From positions 19,108,471 through 19,172,470 of the forward strand of contig JAHRHZ010000035.1 of NCBI GenBank assembly GCA_024137785.1: a stretch of 64,000 nucleotides of DNA, read 5' to 3'. The DNA is from Ginglymostoma cirratum. Taxonomy: Eukaryota. The notes under the pieces are model-generated. The model saw only the letters and a program-made list of their open reading frames with translations. It did not search any database and was not told the origin of the DNA. The position numbers and the translations under genes were made by a program. Of this stretch, positions 13,460-25,714 are shown piece by piece. Positions within the stretch are counted from its first letter, which is position 1. Every line of letters starts with the position of its first letter.

Positions 13460-13607
13460 TTTTGTGAATTGTGTTTCTATCCAATGCAAATAAGAACGGT
13501 TTTGTGAATTGTGTTTCTATCCAATGCAAATAAGAACGGTTTTGTGAATTGTGTTTCTATCCAATGCAAATAAGAACGGTTTTGTGAATTGTGTTTCTAT
13601 CCAATGC
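13460..13607. repeat. Perfect 40-bp minisatellite, 3.7 copies
   Basis: Unit TTTTGTGAATTGTGTTTCTATCCAATGCAAATAAGAACGG, identical copies, no spacers. Confidence 0.97.
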
Positions 13608-13953
13608 TGATAAATCTTCAGTACTTCTTGTGCTTTCATGTGACACGCTATTCATTTTCTTTCAAAGGATGCTGCCCACAATCTTGAAGTCTGGGTTTTC
13701 AGAAATCTGTTATGATGGTGACAAAAATAGAATAACTACCATCACGTGAATTTTAATTAATGGGTCCTTTCATGGCCTAAAATGATTGTGAAAAAGGGAA
13801 CAACATTGAACTTAAGATGGCCACAGCGATTACAGGTTGAGCCAGTATGTGAAACTATCATTAAACAACTCTGCGATGGAACAAAATTCACATATCTTCA
13901 AAAGGACTGAAAATATTCATTCAGCGCTGCATTTCTTGTTTGATTTACATATT

Positions 13954-14052
13954 TCTCTCAGCTGTGCCTAAAAGTAGTAGTGTACAATTCAGTTTCTCTC
14001 TGTATCCCCATGTCTGGCTTCCTTTTTTGCCAAATGGAAAATCTGCAGATGA
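13954..14052 (+). repeat. Left arm of ~100 bp inverted repeat (partner 15753-15850)
   Basis: rc TCATCTGCAGATTTTCCATTTGGCAAAAAAGGAAGCCAGACATGGGGATACAGAGAGAAACTG...TTTTAGGCACAGCTGAGAGA matches 15753-15850 with few mismatches. Confidence 0.9.
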
Positions 14053-15719
14053 ATGGTCCTTAATGAATACTTTTCTTCGTTATTCACTACTGAGAGGGAC
14101 CTAGTTGTAGAGGACAGTGTGAAACAGGCTGGTAGGCTAGAGGAGGTCAATGTTAGTAAGGAAGATGTACTAGGAATTTTGATAGATAAGTCCCCTGGGC
14201 CTGATGGGATTTATCCAAGGATTCTATGGGAAGTGAGGGAAGAGATCACAGGGCCTTTGGTGATGATCTTTTCGTCTGCAAGGTCCACGGGTATAGTGCT
14301 GGAAGATTGGAGAGAGGCAAACGTACTTCCCTTGTTCAAAAAAGGGAATAGGGGTAACCCTGGAAATTACAGGCCAGTTAGTCTTATGTCAGTCGAGGGG
14401 AAATTATTGGAAAGAGTTCTGATAGATAGGATTTATGATCATTTGGAAAGACACAGTTTGATTCGTGATAGTCAGCATGGATTTGTGAGGAGTAGATCAT
14501 GCTTCACAAACCTTAGTGAATTCTTTGAAGAGGTGACCAAACATGTGGATGAAGGTAGAGCAGTGGATGTGGTATACATGGTTTTAAGTAAGGCATTTGA
14601 TAATGGTAGGCTCATGCAGAAGGTAAGGAGACATGGGATGGGGGAAATGTGGCAGATTGGATTCAGAATTGGCTGACCCTTTGAAGACAAAGGGTGGTAG
14701 TGGATGGAAAATATTCAACATGGTGCTCAGTTACAAGTGGTGTACCACAAGTATCTGTTCTGTGTGCTCTTCTATTTGTGATTTTTGTAAAGGATTTGGA
14801 TGAAGGAGTGGAAGGGTGGATTAGTATGTTCACGGACAATACAAAGGTGGGTCGAGTTGTGGGTACAAAGGGACATTGATAGGATGCAGAGCTGGGCTGA
14901 AAAGTGGCAGATGGTGTTTAACCCCTGAAAAGTGTGAGATGATTCATTTTGGAAGGACATACTTGAAAGCAGAATAAAGGGTTAACAGAAAGATTCTTGG
15001 CAGTGTGGAGGAGTAGAGGGGTCTTGGGGTTCATGTCCACAGTTCCCTGAAAGCTGCCACCCAGGTGGATACAGTTGTTAAGAAGGCGTATGGTATGTTA
15101 GCTTTCATTAATAGAGGGATTGAGTTCAAGAGCCGTGAAGTTATGCTCCACCTATACAAAAGCCTCGTTCGGCCACATCTGGAGTGTTGTGTCCAGTTCT
15201 GGTCGCTTCATTACAGGAAAGATGTGGAAGCTTTGGAAAAGGTGCAGAGGACATTTACCAGGATGTTGCCTGGAATGGAGGGAAGGTCTTATGCGGAAAG
15301 GTTGAGAGAGCTAGGGCTTTTCTCTTTAGAATGACGAAGGATGAGAGGTGACTTGATAATGGTGTACAAAATGATCAGAGGCATAGATAGAGTGGACAGC
15401 CAGAGACTTTTTCCTAGGGTGGAGGTAGCTATTATGAGGGGGCATTGTTTTAAAGTGAGTGGAGCTAGATATAGAGGAGACGTCAGAGGTAGGTTCTTTA
15501 CTCAGAGAGTGGTCGGGGCGTGGAATGCATTGCCCGAAAGGGTAGTGGAGTCGGTCTCACTAGGGGCATTTAAGCGGCTATTAGATAGGCATATGGATGA
15601 TAGTATAAGGTAGGGGTGGAGGTTAGATAGACCTTAGGATTAGTGTAAAAGTTTGGCATAACTTCGTGGGCCGAAGGGCCTGTACTGTGCTGTAGTGTTC
15701 TCTGTTCTATGTTCTATGT
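14053..15719 (+). mobile_element. Relatively young 5'-truncated CR1 LINE (ORF2 reverse transcriptase, frameshifted)
   Basis: ORFs 14053-14676, 14694-14879, 15065-15334 and 15341-15613 give KSPGPDGIYPR, PGNYRPVSL, QHGF, SGVPQ, RPHLECCVQFWS; 3' tail GGGCCGAAGGGCCTGT followed by (TTCTATG)n. Confidence 0.97.
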
Positions 15720-15752
15720 CTTCTCTCTCACCTGTGCATTTTGGGAAAAAAG

Positions 15753-15850
15753 TCATCTGCAGATTTTCCAGTTGGCAAAAAAGAAGCCAGACATGGGGAT
15801 ACACAGAGGAACTGCATTTCACACGACTGCTTTTAGGCACAGCTAAGAGA
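15753..15850 (-). repeat. Right arm of ~100 bp inverted repeat (partner 13954-14052)
   Basis: Reverse complement of 13954-14052. Confidence 0.9.
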
Positions 15851-18059
15851 GAAGACTGATGGATTCATATCAGCAGAACCAGAAGGCTTTCTTGTCCTCC
15901 CTGTTTTTCTCAGACTCTCTTGAAGGTCTGCATGTTGTGATAAAGCAAATCAGAGAAGCGGCCATCACCAAGAATGCAATGCTATCTATATATTTTGTTC
16001 TTGCTGAGGATCTAAGTCATCAGTTAAACAATTGTGGTCTCAGGTTAAGCCTAATGCCTGAAAAACTCTAAGGACTATAAAACTGCATATTCTTCATGTC
16101 CTTTTATGTATTAGATAACCTCCGCATTTTAATTTTTAAATTTTTTAAAAGAACTTCATATCTGTTGTTTGTGTTTGTGTCATTGACGTAATATTTTACG
16201 ATTTTCCTTGGAGTTAGTAAGTAATTGATTTCATTATTTAAGAAAAGCTTGTAATTGGTTCCTTAATTTTGGACCAATCAACTATGTGATAGCTGCATGC
16301 CAGAAAGAATAAAAATCTTTGTCGCAGCCAATCGAGATGATTATAAATAGAAGACACAATTCACCTCTCTTCACATGATCATTACAGGCTAAATTACCAC
16401 CTCAGAGCACACATTTTCCCCATTTACTACATTAATAATTTGCCATAGAGTCCACTTTATATTTTGAGCTTCATTATTCACAATAGCACTGTTAAAAGAA
16501 GATAAATCTATTTTTCCACCAATGGCAATGTTTCTCCTGAACACTAATGAGAGCAATAAATTTCCCAACCTCCCGTCAATTTTCAAATCTAGGTATAGTT
16601 TTGCAATATTTAAAGTGTCAATGAATTCCAGGCTTAAACAAGTCCAATGATGAATTATTTAAATGATTCTGATTTTCAGATGTGTGATCAAAGTACTATG
16701 AGGACTATGGAATAAAAAAATACCTCCACTCCCTGCTACTGATTAAACCTACAAATGAAATGTCTATTCATAAAAAAAAACCAACATCTGTATTCCACAT
16801 TGTGATTAAAATAAATCTAATTTATGACATATCAAAATATTTGCATGGCAGTTTAACAGCATAAAATTCCTAGCAATGGTTAAGTAAGTGCTTCATATTT
16901 CTGACAGGGATATTTAAGATGTACAATTTCATTCTCATATTTTTGTTACAAATTACACATTGAGACCAACTCAACCAGCTGAAGGGATGATAAATGAACA
17001 CTAGTTTTACTTTGAATTCATGTTGACATCTGATTTAGTTGAAGACTGGTAACCTGAGGATATTTAGGGATTTGACTGTCTCAATGAATTGTGCGTTTGA
17101 CAGTGATGTGTTGGATAATACAAGATGCCACCCTGTGGTATGAAGGATAAGTGGCATGCATCAGTTTCTGTGGTCTCAAAATCAAAAAACATTTCTCATT
17201 AAGTGTCTAACCATTCACTTCCTTTCGAAAGATGCTGTCCACAATCTTGCAGATCAGGGTGCAGAGATTAACATTATTATTACGAAATATATATTTCCCC
17301 AAATTCACACATTCATTTTAAAAATTAAAAACAACTTTGTACCTTGCAAAGGTTCTTCATGCATTGGCAAATTGTGGGATTAATTTAGTTGTCACTGAGA
17401 GGAGATTCTAAGATGGACAATTCAGTGCTGAGCATAAGAAATCATTAAAAGTAACATTATGAGTTCAAACCATGATCCCAATGGAATGGGAATCAAGTTA
17501 ACTTCACTTTGGTAAAGTATCATCAACCATAACTGGCAACGACTATACTGTATTTCAGTGGAATGTATAAAATAACTAAATTGAAGAATTTAAACTAACT
17601 GGAGGGGGAAAACAATAATATAAATTAAATCAAGGTCTCAACTTTTTCTTTTAAGAGTGTGGATTTTACTTACAATTGCCAATTTACTCAGAATTAAAAT
17701 GGTTGGTAATTTGGAGGATAGGCTTTCATGTACGCCTGTCTCCTGAGTTCCCAAAAAGCTGCAGTTCACTCAAACAGACATGATCGGAAGGGAAGAGATC
17801 TGCTCACATTTTTCCTCCCCATGTCTGTTTCATGGCCTGGTTCATTTTAACCCCATGTGAATTATTTTGTAGTCTATCCAAGGTGAATTGCCAGCTTATC
17901 CACAAAACCTGTGCTTCTAAGGATTTCAAAGAACTCGAATGTCTCTCTCTTCAGTGTCCTTTCCAGCAATTGTCGGCAGGTTCCTCCCTGCAAGTCCATC
18001 ATCATATATTAAAATCCAGAGTGCCACACTCCCCTTTTATTTTGCTTTTCTCTTTATTC

Positions 18060-18390
18060 CATCCACAGCATTAATATCTTTTTGATGATAGGGTGCCCAA
18101 AATTAACCAAAAGCATTCCGAGCATAACCTCTTCAGTGTTCTGCACAAGGTTAGAATAACTTGCTTTAAATTAACCAAATGTCATCAAGATGTAGTCTGG
18201 TACTTGATTAACTTTGTTGGTACCAGCTTCACATTAATTGGAAGTCACAGTGAATGATCAATAATCACATCCAGATCCTTTCCTTTCTTATCCTTTCATA
18301 AAGAGACACTCTTTCATCATGTATACACGTTTGCTGTTTCCTGTTCCAATATGCATTATATTACATTGATCCTTACTGTGCCATCGGAAT
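18060..18390 (-). mobile_element. Highly degraded CR1 fragment
   Basis: GGGTGCCCAAAATTAACCAAAAGCATTCC...GTTCTGCACAAGG resembles the antisense of the CR1 LEYCVQFWSP region. Confidence 0.45.
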
Positions 18391-21300
18391 GTTTAAAACC
18401 AAACAAGACACTGTAGAAGAGGCTTGGTGTCATCCAGGAGACATTTTGTTCTGACCTTGCCAGGTATATTAGAACTAGGATGATATGCAAATGCAAATAT
18501 ACTACCTATGCTCTTCTATAACTTACAAGATTAAATACACTCTGAACTTTGTTGAGTCATTTATTCTTTAGTTAATTTCCATAGTTTCTAATTACTGGGT
18601 AATAATCAGAATGTCTTTTGCCCCAACTGGTTGCTCCTTGCCCTTATTTTGGAAGTGTCTAAATGTGTTCATCATAAAGAAAGTGGTAACAGACGGCTTC
18701 TTGTCTAAACCTGACACTAAACATCACTATTCTGTAGAAGTCGACCAGAACCCATGTGTGCAAGTCTGAGCTGAAAGGGAACAATTTCTAAAGGAAAGGG
18801 TGTGTATATGGGCTAGTGGATAGAAACAAGTCTGGCAATTCAAGTGAAAAATAACCACAGCAAAGCACCATTTCATTAGAAACATTTTGTTATACTTGCT
18901 TCAATATCTGCCTGACATATAAGATTGTATTAATAGAATGATTCTTTACAGCAATAAATCTCCTTTGTAGATTTAAAAAAAGTGTTTCCTTTGTCAAAGA
19001 CATCTGGAAGGTTTTTTGGAAAAAATTTTGTCCTGAATATTAAGATTAGAATGACTGATGGTAAAGAACTGCATAAAATCATTGAAATGTTTATGTTTGG
19101 GTAAAAAAAAGTACTGTCTAAGAAGGGGTAAAGAGAAATGATTATTTTTAGCAAATAGACTGACGTGGTAAGATGCATAGTATCATATTCATGCATTTTT
19201 CATTTGTGCTTTGATTCCTGATAATTGGAAGTTTTTTGTTGTAAAGAAAACTTGACTTGTGCATAATTTGAACCACACAAAGAAAATAGCACAGAAAAGT
19301 GAAAAATTAGTGTCAATTAGCTGAAAATTTGAACTTAAAAGTAATGAATTATGAGATAAATTGCTAAGTTAATGGGCAAAACTTAATTTGATTTAATGTG
19401 TTCGTAAAACCGCCTCAAATTGAAGCGCACACAGTTCCCATAACTATTGTTGTCATATAGGCAAAAGACAGACTCGTAATTTCTCAAAAATCTAAATGGG
19501 CACACAGAATAGAATCAAAGGACGATACAGTAGGAGGCTATTTGGTCCATCATGCCTATGCCAACACAAATGTGAAGTTTTACAGGTTCGCATACTGCAT
19601 TCACATTTTCACTTTCTAAATGATGTTAATCTCTATGTCTGCCAATGGAAGAGGCACCTCCAAGCCTAAGTCTTTCATTCAGTCTCATTTCTTGACCAAA
19701 ATCTAAAATCATAGATTTATCCACGTGCCATTTTTACTGAAATTAAGCTAGCAGCCCCAAATGTCAGTGGCATTGTGCACTGTTAAGCAAATTATACTTA
19801 GATTAAATAATGTTACATTGTAATGGAAGCTAAGAGGTGCTGAGTCCATTGCAAACAGTACCACATCCAGAGCAAGTCAGACTTGAATACAAACAGCATC
19901 TGCTGGAAGTATACAATAGATCAGTCAGAATGTGAAAGAGACAGCAGATTAAGGTTTTGAATCAGATATTCAGTCAGGACTGGCACATGCGGGTTGGAGA
20001 AGTCCCTTTGAAGGATTGAGCAAAACAAATTGAGGGATGAACAACAGGTAGGCATCAAGATTTGAGACAGCTCATTGATTTAATCCTCTGTACATAGATT
20101 TGGTAAATGTTGGAAAGAGGTTAAAGTGCTGTATAACCTATGAAGATAATTGTCACCAGACAGCTACTGCACATTCACAAAAGCAGATTTGTAACAATTT
20201 GATAGAAATCTAATGCCAGTAAACATAGGTTTATGAATAACTTTTTGATGTGCGTCCTGTAGTAAAAGCTTGACTTTTTGACTTGGCCCTCATCCATCAC
20301 AGGGACATTTTTTGTAAACATCTAAACTAACTATATGAACAATGTAGGAATAAGGCAGAATTGGAATGACTACAAACAAACTACAAAGAGGAAAAATGTG
20401 GTTTTAAATTGTAGCTCTTTGATGATGTTGCTCGGCTCATATTCATAAATCCCCTGCCTCATTTAAGAAAATACATAAAATGATTATGAGAAAGGGCTAC
20501 AATGTTCTCGCCAGAGTTTCTGGTTAATATCATGAAGTTCTCATTCCCCACCTTTTGATGCTGAAATGAGGATTTGAAAAGTGCCTGTTTGACTGAGTAG
20601 TACTTTGCCTGAGCTTTTATAGGGCTTCGTTCATGCCTGACATGTTGACTGATCAGTTTTAAGGATTGTGCAAAATACCAAATCTTAATTCTCATAAGTG
20701 AAAACTTGCCATTCCATTTACACCCCCCCAGTGCAGGTCTAAAAGATGAAATCCTGCTCAAGCTATTTATCTTTGAAAGTGTCCTCTTGAATTTTTCCTG
20801 TTTCTGTTTGTAACATACAACTGGTGAGTCAGAACTCGCCTCGTTGTTTGAATGGGAGAGTAGTGAGTTTTCAGTAGCGTTGTCCGATCACTCGCCTGTC
20901 ATCTTATTAGCTAAGCACTGTCTACTGCCCAGCCACTGCTCTTTTCAGCCCATGAGAAGTAGATCTCATAGGGTGCCACGACTGTTGCCCATTGAGCAAG
21001 AACAAAACTTAGACCATGGCAAGCAGTAGTATAACCCTAGAGGGAAGGAAAGTCAATGCTGCCCTAGACTTCGCAAACTGACTGCCCAACACCTCACTCG
21101 GCAGACCCAATTGGAATGACTTGATCACCAGATATAATACATTGTCTGAAACTGTGTAATAGCTCTAAAATTAAATAACTAGTGCTGTCCACTTTACCTC
21201 AAGCAAAACCACCTGTATTCAATATATCCCAACCAAGGAACATTGCACTAATAAGAACAATGGGGATTAATATCAGCACAACTGTGTTAGTAACAATGAA

Positions 21301-23758
21301 ATTATGTTTTTGACAGTATTACAATTTCAATTTGGAATACCATGCATATTAGTAATAAGTATACTCAAATGAAATTCCATTGCCTGATATTTTAACAAAG
21401 AATTCATTGCACATTCATTTTAAATGGGTTAATGTATTGACCAAAGTTGCAACTGCATGAAGTGTTCGTACCTCACAGCAATACTTCAGGGCCTGTGATT
21501 TTTATGATTTAACTAGCCTCTCCCTCAATAAAATACAACTGAAGCATTGTCCTTATCGGGTTTTTCCTTGCGACTGGTTCAGTGGCTGCAAGGGTGTTTT
21601 CCTGGCGGTGGAAGTGTTGAATAAAGTGTTTTGCACATAGCCTCTTTACACGGTTGTTGTTGAGGGGAAGTAACCACTACAGCTGTACAGTGGTAGTGTG
21701 GAGGAATACTTAAAAAAGCACAATCGTCAAAGAGTAACTTAAATAAATACGGTGTGGGGCATGTGTTTCAAACTAAATTCTTCATGGAGGCCTATGATTT
21801 TAATTTGCATTTATGAGGCTGGCCATAACTCACTGGTGATACATTCGGTCGTTCTGTAAATTAAAATACAAATGACCTTCTCTGGCCAGACCTCCATGAA
21901 GGATCTTCTGTTTATTGTTCTTTCTCAAGTGTGAGAGCCTCTCAGTTCACAAAGTCATGAAACTTATTCTCCAAGTGAACTGTTGGGTGATATCAGCACT
22001 TGAATTACTTCTGTTTTCTCCTGCAATGCTAGAAGGTAAAGAAAATCTCCTCAGGCATGTTCCTAATTGCAGGGCTGAATGTTGAGCCTCTGGCAGAGCT
22101 AGGAACTAAGTTGGGTGGGTGTAGTGCTAAAAATAGCAGAATAGCATGCTAGACCCCAAGATTTGCCCTTGTCCAGGAGTATTTTCCAACAGTTGGTGTT
22201 GGGGGAACAAGGACAGTAGTGTGTCTGCTCCTATGCAGACTGAATCTGATTTAAGTAATTAATAGGTCATTTGAAGGAGGCAACCGGATCTTCCAGTTAG
22301 TTTCCAAGTTCCTTAAAGCAGCCCCCTGATGGTAGGACAAAGGGGCACCACTTTAGGGGCATCCCCACCAGTGGTAGGTGTCCCACAATGGCCATTTTAT
22401 ATTTACATTTTGAGAAAATTGAAAAGTGGTTACCCATTGTGTTGAAGGGTTTGATTGATTTGTGTTTGATTATGCTCGTTGGTTCTCTGATCTATGTTGA
22501 CTATGCTTGATTGCTCAAGGCTGTGAGTGGAACTGGAAAGCAAATTATTCAGAAAGCCTTCCAGACAAAAGACCTGGGGATCAGGGTGAGAACATGTGTG
22601 TTTGGAAATCCATCAGACTCTGAGATATTTTAAAGTACTGTAAATAAATTGTCATAAATCAGAAACTAGTATCATGTCTGCACTACTTCGAGAGAAATCA
22701 GACAGATAAGATTTACAGCTTACTGGTGAATACACAACAGAAAATTAGTGACAAGGATAGCTGAGAAAAGGTTAACTTTGCCAGCTCCAGAACAATTTCT
22801 TTCATCGCCGTGGAATCTTCCCATAACCTGGAAATAATCAATTTTGGGGTTCAAGATATATTTGCTTGCAAAGGGAAGGTTTGGACATAGCAGCAGTTCA
22901 TAAGAAAGCAGTGTTTGTTTATCGTCTTAGTGTAGAAGGCTAATGAATATTTGAGTGGTTCAGATACGATTTTATAGAAGATATGGGATATATTTAAATT
23001 ATGTACAATATTTAGCATTCAGATTGTTAAAATAGTGGCATATGGGTTTTGGTTATTTTTAGGAAGAGTTTACGTCATACAGTTCGTCTGGAACAATTGA
23101 CTAATTCAGTATGTGTCAGAGAGCAGGGAACCTCCCATAGCGTGAATGGAAAATTATTTATACTGGATGGTGTATAATAGATGGAATAAATATTGAAGAC
23201 CTTTGGCTTGTTTTCAATTTAGAATAATCAAAGGTTTATTTTGTTTCAGAAAATTAAAAAAATTGAATGTTTTTATGGCAGTTCGAAGACCTGTCTGGGG
23301 TCAGGAGCAAGTGTAATCTCTCTCCTAGAAAAGGGTTTCTACCAGAGTACTTAAGAGAATTAAGCTATCTCAGTAGAAAAATTTAGTCTGTACAACTGTC
23401 AGACCAGTACTATTTGGTTAGAAATCCGCAGGTTATCAGAAGCTGAAAAAGTTTATGCTCTCAGTTTTGTGAGTATTTGCGTAAGGTGATTCATAGTCCA
23501 CAGCTCAGAAATTGGGGAGAGAATCAGCTAAGTAGAACTTAAAGATTTGATATGAATTTCTCTGGATTTGACTCACTGTAAAGAGATGGGGAATATGTCA
23601 AAATTTTGATTTGTTGAGTTTTTAAAAGTTTTTCTAACTGTATTCTATATCCAGGTTTAGAGATAAAAGGTACTGCAGATGCTGGAGAATCCGAGATAAC
23701 AAGCATGGGGCTGGATGAACACAGCAGGTCAAGCAGCATCATAGGAGCAGGAAAACTT

Positions 23759-23786
23759 GACGTTTCGGGCCTAAACCCTTCATCAG
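23759..23786 (-). ncRNA. Minimal hammerhead ribozyme catalytic core (type I, dimer-type helix III)
   Basis: CUGAUGA + extra A + stem II GGG/CCC + GAAAC GUC; ACGU palindrome; helix I disrupted at the inversion junction. Confidence 0.6.
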
Positions 23787-23833
23787 AGGGTTTAGGCCCG
23801 AAACGTCAAGTTTTCCTGCTCCTATGATGCTGC

Positions 23834-24233
23834 NNNNNNNNNNNNNNNNNNNNNNNNNNNNNNNNNNNNNNNNNNNNNNNNNNNNNNNNNNNNNNNNNNN
23901 NNNNNNNNNNNNNNNNNNNNNNNNNNNNNNNNNNNNNNNNNNNNNNNNNNNNNNNNNNNNNNNNNNNNNNNNNNNNNNNNNNNNNNNNNNNNNNNNNNNN
24001 NNNNNNNNNNNNNNNNNNNNNNNNNNNNNNNNNNNNNNNNNNNNNNNNNNNNNNNNNNNNNNNNNNNNNNNNNNNNNNNNNNNNNNNNNNNNNNNNNNNN
24101 NNNNNNNNNNNNNNNNNNNNNNNNNNNNNNNNNNNNNNNNNNNNNNNNNNNNNNNNNNNNNNNNNNNNNNNNNNNNNNNNNNNNNNNNNNNNNNNNNNNN
24201 NNNNNNNNNNNNNNNNNNNNNNNNNNNNNNNNN
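23834..24233. other. Assembly gap (400 N)
   Basis: N run; flanks 23741-23833 and 24234-24326 are an identical 93-bp sequence. Confidence 0.99.
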
Positions 24234-25099
24234 ATAGGAGCAGGAAAACTTGACGTTTCGGGCCTAAACCCTTCATCAGAGGGTTTAGGCCCGAAACGTC
24301 AAGTTTTCCTGCTCCTATGATGCTGCTTGACCTGCTGTGTTCATCCAGCCCCATGCTTGTCTTCTATATCCAGGTAGCCTGGTTTGTTTATTTCTGTTTT
24401 TTTCTTTTGTGTATTAAACTTCTGTCTGTTGTTAAAGAAACTTCGTAGTCTCATGTGAGTGTTTCAGTTAATAACTGCCATATTAACTAAAATCTAAAAC
24501 AAAATCCTTCAAGCCAAATTTCATTCTGACTTGCCCAGTAGTACTATCAGCTGGGATTGTATCCATGTCTATATTCGATACAGTAGCAAGTGCTCTTGAA
24601 AAGTACTCTGGGCCAAAGAAATGTTTCATGAATTAATTATATCGGCTCTGTCAGAAATCCCTGGGAAATAGTGAGCTGATCAGAATAGAGGCAATTGGCT
24701 TCTATATGTAAATTACTAACCAATAAACTAATTTGTGACCATTTAACTGTAAAAACTTAACTTCCATGAATTAGGAAATGTTTCCTAATGGAAGTTGGTG
24801 AACTAACTTTGGAAAAAGCCACGGCAGTCTCAACCAAATCTGCCATGTTAGATTCAAAGAGGTTACACAAAAATGCACCTTTAGACTCAGTGTTGCGGAT
24901 ATAATGTGCCCTATTAGCTGGGATACAGGGGTTATGGACAAAGAGACACCAGCAGTCTTGCCACCACCTATCCCATCATGGTCAGACACCTTCGAAACAG
25001 TGCTCATCAAGTCACAACGCCATATCCAGCTCAAAGGACAAAGTGCAATTCATGCTCAAACTCAAATTATTTTGCAAAGCCACACAGGTCATTGAAGTG

Positions 25100-25700
25100 A
25101 AGTTCATCAGTGCAACATATGGAAGAATGTCTTGCCTGAGGGTGAAGAATAGGTATGCATCAACCATAGTAAAAGGAAACTCCTATTTCAAACACCTCGA
25201 TCAAGTGATTGCATGTAAGATTATCCACAGCAGGGACAAATGCTATAAATGCAAACTTCATGGAGAAGGATTCACTGTCAGAAATGTGTACAAGAACCAC
25301 AAAGAGACACACTCAAAACAGAGACCATTCCAGTGTGAGATGTATAACGTTTTGTTTCAGACTCCCTTCTTCCTGTAGGAACATGCACTGATGCATAATA
25401 GTAAACAAACTTTCTTTTGTGATTTATGTGACAAAGTATTTGAGGCTCCCTCTATACTTTAGTCACAAAAAAAAGACAGGTATGGGAGTAAAGGAGAAGA
25501 TTTGTCGATATTGTGGCCAGAAAATTACCAGTAATGCAATATATGCACATTTATAGCTTCATAGATGAGCATCCGTCTTGTTCTCCCTACTATGACAAAG
25601 CTTTTAGCAAGAAAGATGCAGAAAGAACACACACAAGCAACACCTTACCAGTGATCAGAATGTAATAAGGCTTTAGTCAGGATATGAACATACAAGGACT
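25100..25700 (+). pseudogene. PRDM5: Processed pseudogene of PRDM5 (C2H2 zinc-finger region)
   Basis: KFISA..[107 protein letters not shown] matches recalled PRDM5 ([94 protein letters not shown]). Stops, frameshifts, no introns. Confidence 0.88.
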
Positions 25701-25714
25701 ATGATGATGACAGT

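Larger units (their letters stand above)
23657..24361 (-). mobile_element. Penelope-related hairpin retroposon with hammerhead core (youngest copy)
   Basis: Perfect 81-bp arms around loop TCATCAG; TSD TTCTATATCCAGGT (23643-23656 / 24362-24375); minus strand CTGATGA-A-GGGTTTAGGCCC-GAAACGTC. Confidence 0.8.
22440..24565 (+). mobile_element. Probable solo LTR interrupted by a hairpin retroposon
   Basis: Starts TGTT, ends ..CTGACTTGCCCAGTAGTACTATCAGCTGGGATTGTATCCA, resembling an LTR end I recall from carpet-shark genomes; ATTAAA at ~24413; no coding remnants. Confidence 0.45.

Noticed and set aside
13460-13607. CRISPR-like array
   Set aside because: Units are contiguous and identical with no unique spacers, there are no cas genes, and the context is vertebrate.
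23806-24354. ORFs of 182 and 137 aa
   Set aside because: Artefacts of translating through the N gap.
25043-25378. Functional zinc-finger gene or real PRDM5 exon
   Set aside because: Zinc ligands are mutated, with in-frame stops, frameshifts and no splice structure.
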